From Candidatus Eiseniibacteriota bacterium (GTDB taxonomy: Bacteria > Eisenbacteria > RBG-16-71-46 > DASYSL01): a stretch of 50,998 nt of DNA. Positions within the stretch are counted from its first letter, which is position 1, and the number at the start of each line of letters is the position of its first letter. The position numbers were made by a program, and so were the translations under genes. Positions 40,012 to 49,350 of this stretch are shown here, piece after piece. Under the pieces are notes generated by a model that was given only the letters and a program-made list of their open reading frames with translations, ran no database searches and was not told where the DNA came from. The DNA is taken from the NCBI GenBank assembly GCA_031431875.1, contig JANPEF010000121.1, forward strand, positions 1 through 50,998. Reading direction: 5' to 3'.

Positions 40012-40733
40012 ATCACGTTCCCGCCGCCCACTCCGCCTACGGCGAGGTCTCGCCGCCCTGGCCGGGTCGGCTGTTCATCGTCGAGGGAATCGACGGATCC
40101 GGCAAGAGCACGCAGCTCACCCTGCTGTCGCAATGGCTGCAGGGCGAGGGCTATCCCGTCGTGTTCAGCGAGTGGAACAGCTCGCCCATCGTGCGCAATA
40201 CGACGCGCCGCGGCAAGAAGCGCCAGATCCTCACGCCGCTCACGTTCAGCCTGATCCACGCCACTGACTTCCATGATCGCGTCGAGCGCGAGATCGTTCC
40301 GTTTCTCAAGGCCGGTGCGATCGTGCTGGCCGATCGTTACGTCTTCACCGCGTTCGCGCGCGACTTCGCCCGCGGCGTCGACGCGGACTGGGTGCGCGGG
40401 CTCTACCGCCTCGCGGTCGTCCCCACGATGGCGTTCTACTTCCGCACGCCCCTCGAGGTGGCGCTGAAGCGCATTCTCAGCGGCCGCCCGAAGCTCAAGT
40501 GGTACGAGGCGGGCATGGACCTCGGCCTGCACGCCGAACCGCAAGCCAGCTACCGCATCTTCCAGGCGCGCATCCTCGACGAATACGAGCGTCTGGTGAA
40601 GGAGTACCCGCTGACCGTGATGGACGCGACGCGCGCCATCGAAACCCAGCAGAAGCTCCTGCGCAAGCACATCGCGCCGCATCTTGTCGGCCTGCGGCGC
40701 ACGGATGCCATGCACGCGAAGGTGACGTCATGA
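40008..40733 (+). CDS. Thymidylate-kinase-fold protein 1, intact P-loop (putative catalytic polyP kinase subunit)
   Basis: FIVEGIDGSGKST, LADRY, WYEAGMDL; ATGA overlap with sixA. Confidence 0.85.
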   Translation: MNHVPAAHSAYGEVSPPWPGRLFIVEGIDGSGKSTQLTLLSQWLQGEGYPVVFSEWNSSPIVRNTTRRGKKRQILTPLTFSLIHATDFHDRVEREIVPFLKAGAIVLADRYVFTAFARDFARGVDADWVRGLYRLAVVPTMAFYFRTPLEVALKRILSGRPKLKWYEAGMDLGLHAEPQASYRIFQARILDEYERLVKEYPLTVMDATRAIETQQKLLRKHIAPHLVGLRRTDAMHAKVTS

Positions 40734-41452
40734 GGCGCTTCGAGACCTACGGCAAGAACATTCCGGGCGTCGATCCGGGAGAACTGACCGGCTGGCTGAT
40801 CGTGATCGAGGGGACCGACGGTGTGGGCCGCACGACGCACGTCAACCACCTGCGCGGCGTGCTCGAGCGCGAAGGTTATGCGGTCGCCGAGACGGGCCTC
40901 ACTCGCTCGGACCTCGCGGCAGCCGGCATCCGCCGCGCCAAGGAGGGCAACACCCTCGGCTCGAACGCGTACAACCTATTCTACGCCACAGACTTCGCCG
41001 ATCGCCTCGAGCGCCAGATCCTGCCGGCGCTGCGCGCCGGATTCGTCATGCTGACCGATCGCTACACGTACTCGCTGCTGGCCCGGGCCATCGTGCGCGG
41101 CGCCGACCCGGACTGGATCAAGGACGTGTACTCGTTCTCGCTCAAGCCCGACGCGGTCTACTACCTGCGCATCGACGTCCCCGAGCTCGTGCCGCGCGTG
41201 CTGGCACAGGGCGGATTCGACTACTGGGAATCGGGCATGGACCTGCCGATGGGCACCGACCTGTTCGACTCGTTCGTCAACTACCAGACGAGGGTCATCG
41301 ATGAGCTCGATCGACTGGCCCTCGAGTATGGCTTCGAGACACTGGATGCGACCCGCCCGATCGACGAAACCGCCGATGACCTTTCAGCCCGCGTCTTGCG
41401 ATTGCTGGCCCGGCATTCGCATGAATCCGAGGACGCGATCCCGCAGCCCTAG
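40730..41452 (+). CDS. Thymidylate-kinase-fold protein 2, degenerate P-loop (putative regulatory subunit)
   Basis: IVIEGTDGVGRTT (K to R), LTDRY, YWESGMDL; ATGA overlap with protein 1. Confidence 0.85.
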   Translation: MRRFETYGKNIPGVDPGELTGWLIVIEGTDGVGRTTHVNHLRGVLEREGYAVAETGLTRSDLAAAGIRRAKEGNTLGSNAYNLFYATDFADRLERQILPALRAGFVMLTDRYTYSLLARAIVRGADPDWIKDVYSFSLKPDAVYYLRIDVPELVPRVLAQGGFDYWESGMDLPMGTDLFDSFVNYQTRVIDELDRLALEYGFETLDATRPIDETADDLSARVLRLLARHSHESEDAIPQP

Positions 41453-41510
41453 GCCCCGGCCGGACGCCTGGCGCGGTCGTGAGCAGTGTTCAGCCGCCGG
41501 AGAGTCGCCC

Positions 41511-42533
41511 ATGGACACCGCCGCACTCGCCCAACGCCTCGCCGCCGACCTGGAGCGCCGCGTGGCGTCGCTCGACGCGGCGGCACGGCGCACACGTCAG
41601 GGCACCGATCACCCCGATCCCGAAGCCATCCACGACCTGCGGGTCGCCACGCGACGGCTCAGTGAGGCGCTCGCGACCTGGCGCGCCCTGCTCGCCGCCC
41701 GGCCCGCGGCCGCCGCGCGCCGCCGCCTGGGCGACCTGCGTCGACGGCTCGGCACCGTGCGCGACGACGAGATCCAGCAGGAATACCTGGCAGCCCGTCG
41801 CGAGGATGCCGACCCTTCGCTGTGTCTCGCGCTCGAGCCCGTGCTGCGCCGCAGCGAACGCCGGGTCGCGCGCGGGCGGAAGGCGGCCGCACGACGGGCC
41901 TCTGCCGGCCGGATCGAATCGATTCGACGGCGTGTCCTCGCCGCGGCGAGCGGCCTCGTGAGACGCGTCGTGGAGCGACCGGACCCGCGACAGGCCGCGA
42001 TCGCTCGCGCCGGACATCGGCGCGAGGAGGCCCGCCGCGCGGTCGCGCTCGCCGCCGGTCCGGAAGTCGGCGACGCGCTGCTGCACGCGGCGCGGATCGC
42101 GATCAAGAAGGATCGTTACGCCTCCGAGGCCCTGGCCGCGGTCGACCCTTCGAGCGCACCGAGCCTGGTGGATCCACGGCGGATCGCGGCGTTGCGCCAC
42201 GTCCAGCGGAGCCTCGGGACAGTGCACGACCGCGCGGAGGTGCTGGCTTCGCTCGACCGAACGGTGCGGCGGTGGCAGGCGGACGGGTGGACCGAGCGGG
42301 CGCAGGCGCTTTCCCCGCTCCTCCGGCGCGTCCGCGAGGAGCGCCGGGTGGCGTTGCTGCACGCTCGACGCTCGATCGCAGCGCTCGCGGCGGCGGCGGC
42401 GGCGGCGACAACGGCGGCGGTTCCAACTCCACTCGTACCCGACGACCCAGCAGGCGAGCCAGCAGGCGGGTCCGCTGCCGCGCCGCCCACACTTCGAGTC
42501 GCGCGTCCTCCCGGGCGGCTGCGCGAATCGTGA
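41511..42533 (+). CDS. CHAD domain (polyphosphate-binding) protein
   Basis: DPEAIHDLRVATRRL, LGTVRDDEI, LHAARIAIKKDRYASE, QRSLGTVHD. Confidence 0.88.
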   Translation: MDTAALAQRLAADLERRVASLDAAARRTRQGTDHPDPEAIHDLRVATRRLSEALATWRALLAARPAAAARRRLGDLRRRLGTVRDDEIQQEYLAARREDADPSLCLALEPVLRRSERRVARGRKAAARRASAGRIESIRRRVLAAASGLVRRVVERPDPRQAAIARAGHRREEARRAVALAAGPEVGDALLHAARIAIKKDRYASEALAAVDPSSAPSLVDPRRIAALRHVQRSLGTVHDRAEVLASLDRTVRRWQADGWTERAQALSPLLRRVREERRVALLHARRSIAALAAAAAAATTAAVPTPLVPDDPAGEPAGGSAAAPPTLRVARPPGRLRES

Positions 42534-43950
42534 CCGCGTCACCCCCGCGGGTCACCCGCACGCCGAGCACGAGTTGGTACTGGCTGCGATCGAGCGCCTC
42601 GGCGATGCGCAGGAGCGAGGCCAGCCAGCGCACCGCGCGGCGCGCGTCCGCCGGGAGCGCGGCGAAGGCCCGGTCGCGCTTGCGCGGCCGCGCCTTGCCG
42701 TGATACCTCGCGACCGTCGCGACCACCTCCACCTCATCGGCCGACAGCCCGCGCAGGTTCCCGTTGCGGATGATGTAGTACGAGTGCTCGGTGTGCTCGT
42801 CGTGGCCGATCACCGAGCCGATGTCATGCAGCAGGCCCCCGTACTGGAGGAGACGCCGCGCCTCGTCATCGAGCTCGTGCTCGTGGCGCAGTTCGTCGAA
42901 CAATCCGAGCGCGAGTGCGGTGACGTGGCGGGCGTGCGGCTCGTCCCCGCGGAACCGAGCCAACAGGCGCAGGACACTCCGCAGCTTCAGGTCCTCGACC
43001 GGGTCGAGTCGCTCGATCTCCCGCGCGTGCCGGGCGATGTAATCCGCCAGGAGTCCTTCGCGCACGCCGAAGTCCGACACCGTGAGCGTATCGAGATCGA
43101 ACGCGCGGAGGGCCTCGACCAGCACGATCGCCCCGGGGATCAGGATCTCGGCACGCGCCGCGTCGAGCCCGGGAAGGCGCAGCCGCTCGGACAGGGCCAT
43201 CGCCTCGAGCGCTCGCGTGGCGCGCTCGAGGGCCCTCCGTTCGAGCTCGCGACCGTTGACGTGGCGCAGCGGGGACCCGCCCTCGAGATGACGCAATACG
43301 TGGGCGAGCGCGTGGATCGAGCCCGAAGAACCGTAGGCACGGATCGGGCCGAGGGCCGCAATCGGCTCGATCACCGCCTTGATCGTGCGTCGCACGTGAC
43401 GCGACAGCCGGGCCAGCGCAGCCGGATCGGGGGGATCCCCGACCGGCTTGAGTTCGCTCAGGCGCAAGGCACCCAGCGGGAGCGAGACGACCTTGAGCAG
43501 CTTCTCGCGCGTGCAGACGACGAGTTGGAGGGAGCCGCCCCCGATGTCGAGCAACAGCACGGGCCTCTCGGGCAGCTCGAGCGCGCTCCGCACGCCGAGC
43601 CAGATGAGTCGCCCCTCCTCGCGCGCGGGAATGATCCGCGGCGTGATCCCGGCGACCTGTCGCGCCCTGCGCACGAACTCGCCGCCGTTCTTCGCCTCGC
43701 GCACGGCCGCCGTCGCCGTGCAGATGACACGCTCGGCGCCCAGGCTTCGCGCCAGCGCGACGAACCGTGCGAGTGACTCCACTGTCCGGGCGATGGCGTC
43801 GGCGCGCAGCCGACCACCGAGGAACGAGCCGCGTCCCACCTGGACCACCTCGCGCTCCCGGTCGAGCACGTCGAAGCTGCCGTGCGCACCCGCCTCGGCC
43901 ACGACGACGTGAATCGAGTTCGTACCGATGTCGATGGCTGCGATGCGCAC
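42103..43950 (-). CDS. ppx: Ppx/GppA exopolyphosphatase with HD domain and a low-complexity read-through tail
   Basis: IAAIDIGTNS, TATAAVREAKNG, LDIGGGS, GVREG, LLHDIG, LLRIAEALD; conserved part ends near 42421, stop at 42103. Confidence 0.92.
   Translation of the reverse strand: MRIAAIDIGTNSIHVVVAEAGAHGSFDVLDREREVVQVGRGSFLGGRLRADAIARTVESLARFVALARSLGAERVICTATAAVREAKNGGEFVRRARQVAGITPRIIPAREEGRLIWLGVRSALELPERPVLLLDIGGGSLQLVVCTREKLLKVVSLPLGALRLSELKPVGDPPDPAALARLSRHVRRTIKAVIEPIAALGPIRAYGSSGSIHALAHVLRHLEGGSPLRHVNGRELERRALERATRALEAMALSERLRLPGLDAARAEILIPGAIVLVEALRAFDLDTLTVSDFGVREGLLADYIARHAREIERLDPVEDLKLRSVLRLLARFRGDEPHARHVTALALGLFDELRHEHELDDEARRLLQYGGLLHDIGSVIGHDEHTEHSYYIIRNGNLRGLSADEVEVVATVARYHGKARPRKRDRAFAALPADARRAVRWLASLLRIAEALDRSQYQLVLGVRVTRGGDAVTIRAAAREDARLEVWAARQRTRLLARLLGRRVRVELEPPPLSPPPPPPRALRSSVERAATPPGAPRGRAGGAGKAPAPARSTRPPATAAPFGRAKPAPPRGRALSRGSAGRGATPRSAVDPPGSVRSKGRPRPGPRRRNDPS
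42387..42407 (+). repeat. (GCG)7 trinucleotide repeat inside the CHAD/ppx overlap
   Basis: gcg x7, read as poly-Ala in CHAD and poly-Pro in Ppx. Confidence 0.8.
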
Positions 43951-43953
43951 CGG

Positions 43954-44529
43954 TCAGCCCCCCAGCAGCTTCATGACGTAGCCCGCCGAGAGCGGGATGC
44001 GGAAGTTGTCGTCAAGCGGAATGGGCAACAACTCGAACAGCGCGGCGGTGAACGCGCCCGCCGCGGCGAGCCAGGCGGGCATGCCGACGACGCCCCAGGC
44101 GAATGCGAACGAGACGAGGAAGCAGGCAAGGCTGCCCTCGATCGTCTTGCCGAGGATGCGCTGGCGCCCGATGGTCTTCCCCACCAGCGCCGCCGCGGTA
44201 TCGCCGAGCACGAGCGCACCGAGCGCGGCCACCGCCACCTCCTTGCTGAACAGCTCGATGGTCAGCACCGAGGCGATCAGCAGGTAGGTCGAGCCGAGCA
44301 GCTGCTTCTGCTCGTGGCGGCGCACCAGGTCGCGGAAGAAGCGTGAGATCAGCAGCCGCACGCGCGCGTCGTGCAGGCGCATCAGCTCGAACACCAGCGA
44401 GACCAGCACCGCGGCGAGCAACCCCCGCACGATGATGCGCTTGGGCAGCACGTCGTAGAGGTAGATGAGCGGAATGAGGATGAACGAGAGATGAATGGCC
44501 TTGCGACGGATCTCGGGCAACAGGCTCAT
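43954..44529 (-). CDS. SEC59/DGK1/VTE5-family CTP-dependent polyprenol/diacylglycerol kinase-like membrane protein
   Basis: RRKAIHL, GDTAAALVGK, KTIEGSLACF, DDNFRIP. Confidence 0.85.
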   Translation of the reverse strand: MSLLPEIRRKAIHLSFILIPLIYLYDVLPKRIIVRGLLAAVLVSLVFELMRLHDARVRLLISRFFRDLVRRHEQKQLLGSTYLLIASVLTIELFSKEVAVAALGALVLGDTAAALVGKTIGRQRILGKTIEGSLACFLVSFAFAWGVVGMPAWLAAAGAFTAALFELLPIPLDDNFRIPLSAGYVMKLLGG

Positions 44530-44539
44530 CCGCTCTCCC

Positions 44540-46081
44540 TCACTCCCACTCGATGGTCGCGGGCGGCTTGCTCGAGTTGTCGTAGACCACGCGGTTGACA
44601 CCGCGCACCTCGTTCACGATCCGTCCCGCCGCGCGGGCGAGGAACGCGTGCGGCAGGCGCGCCCAATCGGCGGTCATGCCGTCCTGGCTGGTGACCGCGC
44701 GCAGCGCGATCACCCGGTCGTAGGTGCGGGCATCGCCCATGACCCCCACCGTGCGGACGGGAAGCAGGACGGCGAACGCCTGCCACACCTTGCCGTACAG
44801 GCCGCTGTCGCGCAACGCATCGATGAACACTGCGTCGGCCTCGCGAAGGATTTTGAGGTCCGGCTCGTTCACCGGTCCCAGGATCCGCACGGCCAGGCCC
44901 GGCCCGGGGAACGGGTGCCGGTCGATCAGGGCCGCGGGCAACCCGAGGGCGCGACCCAGGGCGCGCACCTCGTCCTTGAACAGGGTGCGCACCGGCTCGA
45001 CCAGCTTCATCTTCATGCGCGCCGGAAGGCCGCCCACGTTGTGGTGGCTCTTGATCACGTGCGCGCCCTTGCCGATCGAGGCGCTCTCGATCACGTCCGG
45101 GTAGAGCGTCCCCTGGGCGAGGAACTCGACCTTGCCCACCTTCTTCGCCGCGGCCTCGAATACGCGGATGAATTCGCGGCCGATGATCTTCCGCTTCTTC
45201 TCCGGGTCCTCGACGCCGGCCAGCGCCTTGAGGAAGCGCGCCCGCGCGTCGAGGCGCACGATCTCCACGCCGAGTGGCGCGAGCGCGGCCATCACCTCGT
45301 CGCCCTCGTTGCGGCGCAGGAGCCCGTGGTCGACGAACAGGCAGGTGAGCCGATCCCCGATCGCGCGCGCCAGCAGCGCGGCGACGACGCTCGAGTCGAC
45401 GCCGCCCGACAGGCCGCAGACGACCTTGCCGCGCGGCCCGACCTGGCGGCGCACGGCGACCACCTGCTCGGCGAGAAAGTCCTCGATCTTCCAGTCGGGC
45501 GTGAGCCGGGCGACCTTGAACAGGAAGTTGTGCAGCAGGTTCTTCCCCACCGGCGTGTGCACGACCTCGGGGTGGAACTGGACGAAGTGCCACGGGCGCG
45601 TCTCGTGGCGCGCCGCGGCGAGCGCGCAGTTGACCGTGTGGCCGGTGACGACGAAGCCTTCGGGGAGCGTCGCCACCTCGTCGCCGTGGCTCATCCATGC
45701 CTTGAACGTCCTGGGCAGGCCCCGGGTGAGCGCGTCGGCGCGATCAAGCCGGAAGGTGACCTGCCCGTACTCGCCGCGACGCGCCTTGCGCAGAGTCGCC
45801 CCGAGGGCGAAGAGGGAAACCTGCATCCCGTAGCAGATGCCGAGCAGCGGCACCTTCGGGTCGAGCGAGCGTGGGTCGAAGCGGTACGCGTCGGCGGCGG
45901 TGGCGCTCTGCGGCGAGCCCGAGAGGATGATCGCGGCGGGCTTGAGGTGCGCGATCTCGCGACGCGGCAGGTCGTACGGGCGGACCTCGCAGTAGATGCC
46001 GGCCTCGCGCACGCGGCGGGCGATGAGCTGCGTGTACTGCGACCCGAAATCGAGCACGAGCACGAACTGCCGTCGCTTCAA
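44540..46081 (-). CDS. guaA: GMP synthase (glutamine-hydrolysing)
   Basis: LDFGSQYTQLI, GICYGMQ, QFHPEV, SGGVDS, IKSHHNVGGLP, KPPATIEWE. Confidence 0.98.
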   Translation of the reverse strand: MKRRQFVLVLDFGSQYTQLIARRVREAGIYCEVRPYDLPRREIAHLKPAAIILSGSPQSATAADAYRFDPRSLDPKVPLLGICYGMQVSLFALGATLRKARRGEYGQVTFRLDRADALTRGLPRTFKAWMSHGDEVATLPEGFVVTGHTVNCALAAARHETRPWHFVQFHPEVVHTPVGKNLLHNFLFKVARLTPDWKIEDFLAEQVVAVRRQVGPRGKVVCGLSGGVDSSVVAALLARAIGDRLTCLFVDHGLLRRNEGDEVMAALAPLGVEIVRLDARARFLKALAGVEDPEKKRKIIGREFIRVFEAAAKKVGKVEFLAQGTLYPDVIESASIGKGAHVIKSHHNVGGLPARMKMKLVEPVRTLFKDEVRALGRALGLPAALIDRHPFPGPGLAVRILGPVNEPDLKILREADAVFIDALRDSGLYGKVWQAFAVLLPVRTVGVMGDARTYDRVIALRAVTSQDGMTADWARLPHAFLARAAGRIVNEVRGVNRVVYDNSSKPPATIEWE

Positions 46082-46097
46082 GGCTCCTCCATTTTGG

Positions 46098-47705
46098 TCA
46101 GTGGCGGAACAGGCGGCGTCCGGTGAACACCAGGGCCAGGCCGGCGGCGTCGCAGGCAGCGATCGACTCGGGATCGCGCACCGAGCCGCCAGGCTCGATC
46201 GCCGCGGTGATCCCGGCGGCGAGCGCGGGCTCGACCCAGTCGGCGAACGGGAAGAATCCGTCCGAGGCGAGCACCGCGCCGGTCATGTCGTGGCCGGCGC
46301 GGCGCGCCTTCAGTAGCGCGACATGCACGGCGTCGATGCGACTGGTCTGCCCCGAGCCGATCCCGAGCGTGCGGTCGGCCGCGGCGACGACGATCGCATT
46401 CGAGCGCGCGCGGCCGGCGACGGTCCAGGCGAACAGCAACGCCTCCATCTCGGCGGGCGTGGGCGCCCGACGGCTCACCACGGTGAGCTGCAGCGCGGGC
46501 GCGTCGGGACGCTCGCCCTGCACGAGCAGGCCGCGGCCCACGGCGCGCGCCTCGAAGCGCGCGCCGGCTGCATGCGGCGCGGAGCGGACGAGGCGCAGGT
46601 TCTTCTTCGCAGCCAGTGCATCGAGCGCGGCCGGCGTGAACGACGGCGCGGCCACGCACTCGAGGAACGGCTTCGCCAGCGCGACGGCCGTGTCGCGGTC
46701 GACCTCGACATTGAACGCAATGACGCCGCCGAATGCGGACAGAGCATCGGCCTCGAACGCGCGCTCGAACGCCTCGGCCGGCGAGGCGGCGCGGGCGACG
46801 CCGGCGGGCTCGTTGTGCTTCACCACCACGCACGCCGGCCCGACGAACTCGGCGACCAGCGCGTTCGCTGCCGCGAGGTCGAGCAGGTTGTTGTACGAGA
46901 GTTCCTTGCCCTCGACCACCGAGTCGAACCCACCCCCGCCGGGCGGCGCATGCGCAGCGACGTAGAGCGCAGCCGCCTGGTGCGGGTTCTCGCCGTAGCG
47001 CAGGGTGCGGGCGCGGATGTACGCCGCGAGCCAGGTCGGCGGCGGACCCTCGGCGGGCCTGCCGGCGGCCGCGTCCTCGGCGCCCGCGCGCGCGCCGTAC
47101 GCCGCGGCGATCGCGGCGTCGTAGCGCGCGGTCCGCTCGAACGCAGCGCGTGCCCAGTCGCGACGCAGCTCCCACGACAGGCCGCCGAGCTCGGCGAGCG
47201 CCGTGGTGCACGCCTCGTACTGGCGTGGATCGGACAGGACCGCGACGTCGCACACGTTCTTCGCCGCGGCGCGCAGCAGCGTGACACCGCCGACGTCGAC
47301 GGTCTCGATGGTGCGCGGCCAGTCGGCGTCGGCGGGAAGCGATTCGAACGGGTAGAGCGTGACGACGACGAGGTCGATCGGCGGCACGTCGAGCGCGGCG
47401 AGGTCGGCCAGGTCGGCCGCGACCGCGCGGCGCGCCAGCACGCCGCCGAGCAGCGACGGATGGAGCGTCTTGACGCGCCCGCCGAGCCACGCCCCCTGCC
47501 CCACCAGGTCGCTGACCGGGCGCGTGGCGATCCCTTCGGCGGCGAGTGCAGCGGCCGTGCCCTCGGTCGCCCAGAGCGTCACGCCGTGCGCCACGAGCGC
47601 GCGCGCGAGGTCCACCGCGCCGGTGCGATCGGACAGCGACAGCAGGGCGTTCCGCGGCGCGAGCGTCGTCGGGGTGAACGGTCCGAGCGAGCCGGGCGCA
47701 CTCAC
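46098..47705 (-). CDS. purH: Bifunctional AICAR formyltransferase / IMP cyclohydrolase
   Basis: GGRVKTLHP, LRAAAKN, LRYGENPHQ, GKELSYNN, ASDGFFPF. Confidence 0.96.
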   Translation of the reverse strand: MSAPGSLGPFTPTTLAPRNALLSLSDRTGAVDLARALVAHGVTLWATEGTAAALAAEGIATRPVSDLVGQGAWLGGRVKTLHPSLLGGVLARRAVAADLADLAALDVPPIDLVVVTLYPFESLPADADWPRTIETVDVGGVTLLRAAAKNVCDVAVLSDPRQYEACTTALAELGGLSWELRRDWARAAFERTARYDAAIAAAYGARAGAEDAAAGRPAEGPPPTWLAAYIRARTLRYGENPHQAAALYVAAHAPPGGGGFDSVVEGKELSYNNLLDLAAANALVAEFVGPACVVVKHNEPAGVARAASPAEAFERAFEADALSAFGGVIAFNVEVDRDTAVALAKPFLECVAAPSFTPAALDALAAKKNLRLVRSAPHAAGARFEARAVGRGLLVQGERPDAPALQLTVVSRRAPTPAEMEALLFAWTVAGRARSNAIVVAAADRTLGIGSGQTSRIDAVHVALLKARRAGHDMTGAVLASDGFFPFADWVEPALAAGITAAIEPGGSVRDPESIAACDAAGLALVFTGRRLFRH

Positions 47706-48619
47706 GCCAGCGCCGCCACGGCCGCGGGGCCGACGAGGCGGGCCAACGCCTCGAGATAGCGTTCGCGCGTCGCGGCGACCACGTCCGGCGGCAGGGCGGG
47801 CGCTGGCGGCAGGTGGTTCCAGCCGCTGTGGTCAAGCCAGTCGCGCACGAACTGCTTGTCGAAGCCGACGTGGCGCCCCATCGCGTACTCTGCCCCATCC
47901 CAGTAGCGCGACGAGTCTGGCGACAGGATCTCGTCGATCAGCGTGAGCCGCCCCGCCACGTGGCCGAACTCGAACTTGGTGTCGGCCAATTCAAGGCCCG
48001 CCACGCGGGCGCGAACCCGCGCCTCGACGAACAGCGCGACGCTCCGTTCCTCGAGTTCGCGGGCCAGCCCGGCGCCGACGAGCGCCGGCAGGGCGCCGCG
48101 CGGGATCGGCTCGTCGTGCCCCTGCTCGGCCTTCGTCGTCGGCGTGAACACGGGCGGGTCGAGCGGGGACCCGTCGACCAGGTCCGGCGGCAGCGGTGCG
48201 CCGTGCAGTGTGCCGTGCCTGCGGTACTCGCGCCAGCCGGATCCGGTGAGCGCGCCACGCACGACGCACTCGACGTCGATGCGCTCGGCCTTGAGGCAGA
48301 GCATGGCGCGCCCGTCGAGCTCGGGGTGGTCGCGGAACGGCACCGGAAAGTCGGCCCGATCGGTCGACAGGAGATGGTGCGGCGTCGCGGCGACGAGCGT
48401 GCGGAACCAGAACGCCGACAGCGCCGTGAGAATCGCGCCCTTGTCGGGGATCGGCGTGGGCAGCACGCAGTCGTAGGCCGAGAGACGGTCGGTGGCGACG
48501 ACCAGCAGGCGCTCGCCCAGGTCGTACACGTCGCGCACCTTGCCACGCCGCCACGGCGTCACGCCGGGGATCGGCACGGCAATGAGGCCCGGCGTGCGCG
48601 CCGCGGGAAATGCGTTCAT
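47702..48619 (-). CDS. purC: SAICAR synthetase
   Basis: GKVRDVY, TDRLSAYD, ADTKFEFG, DEILSPDSSRYW, DKQFVRDWL. Confidence 0.97.
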   Translation of the reverse strand: MNAFPAARTPGLIAVPIPGVTPWRRGKVRDVYDLGERLLVVATDRLSAYDCVLPTPIPDKGAILTALSAFWFRTLVAATPHHLLSTDRADFPVPFRDHPELDGRAMLCLKAERIDVECVVRGALTGSGWREYRRHGTLHGAPLPPDLVDGSPLDPPVFTPTTKAEQGHDEPIPRGALPALVGAGLARELEERSVALFVEARVRARVAGLELADTKFEFGHVAGRLTLIDEILSPDSSRYWDGAEYAMGRHVGFDKQFVRDWLDHSGWNHLPPAPALPPDVVAATRERYLEALARLVGPAAVAALA

Positions 48620-49350
48620 CGTGGGGCGCTCCGCCGCGGGGACAACTCGTGGCGGCGATCCGGGAACAGGCCGAGGAGCTGCGCGGGCTCGGCCGCGCGC
48701 GGCGCGCCGCCCGCGGTCGTCGCGTCGTACGAACCGTAGGCGTCGAACAGGACGGGGTGCAGGCCGGCGCCGCGCGCTCCCTCGACGTCGATGGCGACGA
48801 CGTCGCCGACATAGGCGCAACGCGCCGGGGGCAGGCCGAGCCGGGTGCAGGCGTCGAGGAAGATTCGCGGGTCGGGCTTCTCCACTCCGAGATCGCGCGA
48901 GTCGAGCACGAACTCGAACTCGTGAGCGAGGCCGAGCGTGGCGAGGATGGCCTCGGCCCGGCCGTCGGAGTTCGAGATCGCCGCGACGCGGTAGCCGCGG
49001 GTGAGGAGCCCGCGCAGCGTCTCGGGCATCCCCGGCATCACCTTGCGCCACAGGTGGTGGCGGCGATGGAAGGCGACCAGCTCGGCGAAGATGGCATCGC
49101 GGTCGGCTGGTGCGGCTCCGGCCTCGGCGAGCATGCCCTCGAAGAAGCCGCGCCATTGCTCATCGGAGCTCTTGCCCTCGCGCAGCATCGACTCGAGGAT
49201 GCGGCGCCCGGCCTGCTCACCGCGCGCCGCCCAGGCGGCATCGGGCGCCGGACCGCACGCGGCCACGCGCTCGGCGATGAAGTCATGGTCGATCTGGAGG
49301 CACGTGCCGCCGAGGTCGAAGAGAACGGCCTCGGCCGCGGCGAGCGTCAC
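48616..49350 (-). CDS. HAD-family hydrolase (subfamily IA)
   Basis: LFDLGGT, ISNSD, EKPDPRIF, YVGD...DVEGA. Confidence 0.9.
   Translation of the reverse strand: MTLAAAEAVLFDLGGTCLQIDHDFIAERVAACGPAPDAAWAARGEQAGRRILESMLREGKSSDEQWRGFFEGMLAEAGAAPADRDAIFAELVAFHRRHHLWRKVMPGMPETLRGLLTRGYRVAAISNSDGRAEAILATLGLAHEFEFVLDSRDLGVEKPDPRIFLDACTRLGLPPARCAYVGDVVAIDVEGARGAGLHPVLFDAYGSYDATTAGGAPRAAEPAQLLGLFPDRRHELSPRRSAPR

Noticed and set aside
40008..41452. Simple tmk gene duplication
   Set aside because: The two copies are divergent, one has a degenerate P-loop, and the context is polyP metabolism, so no tmk symbol was assigned
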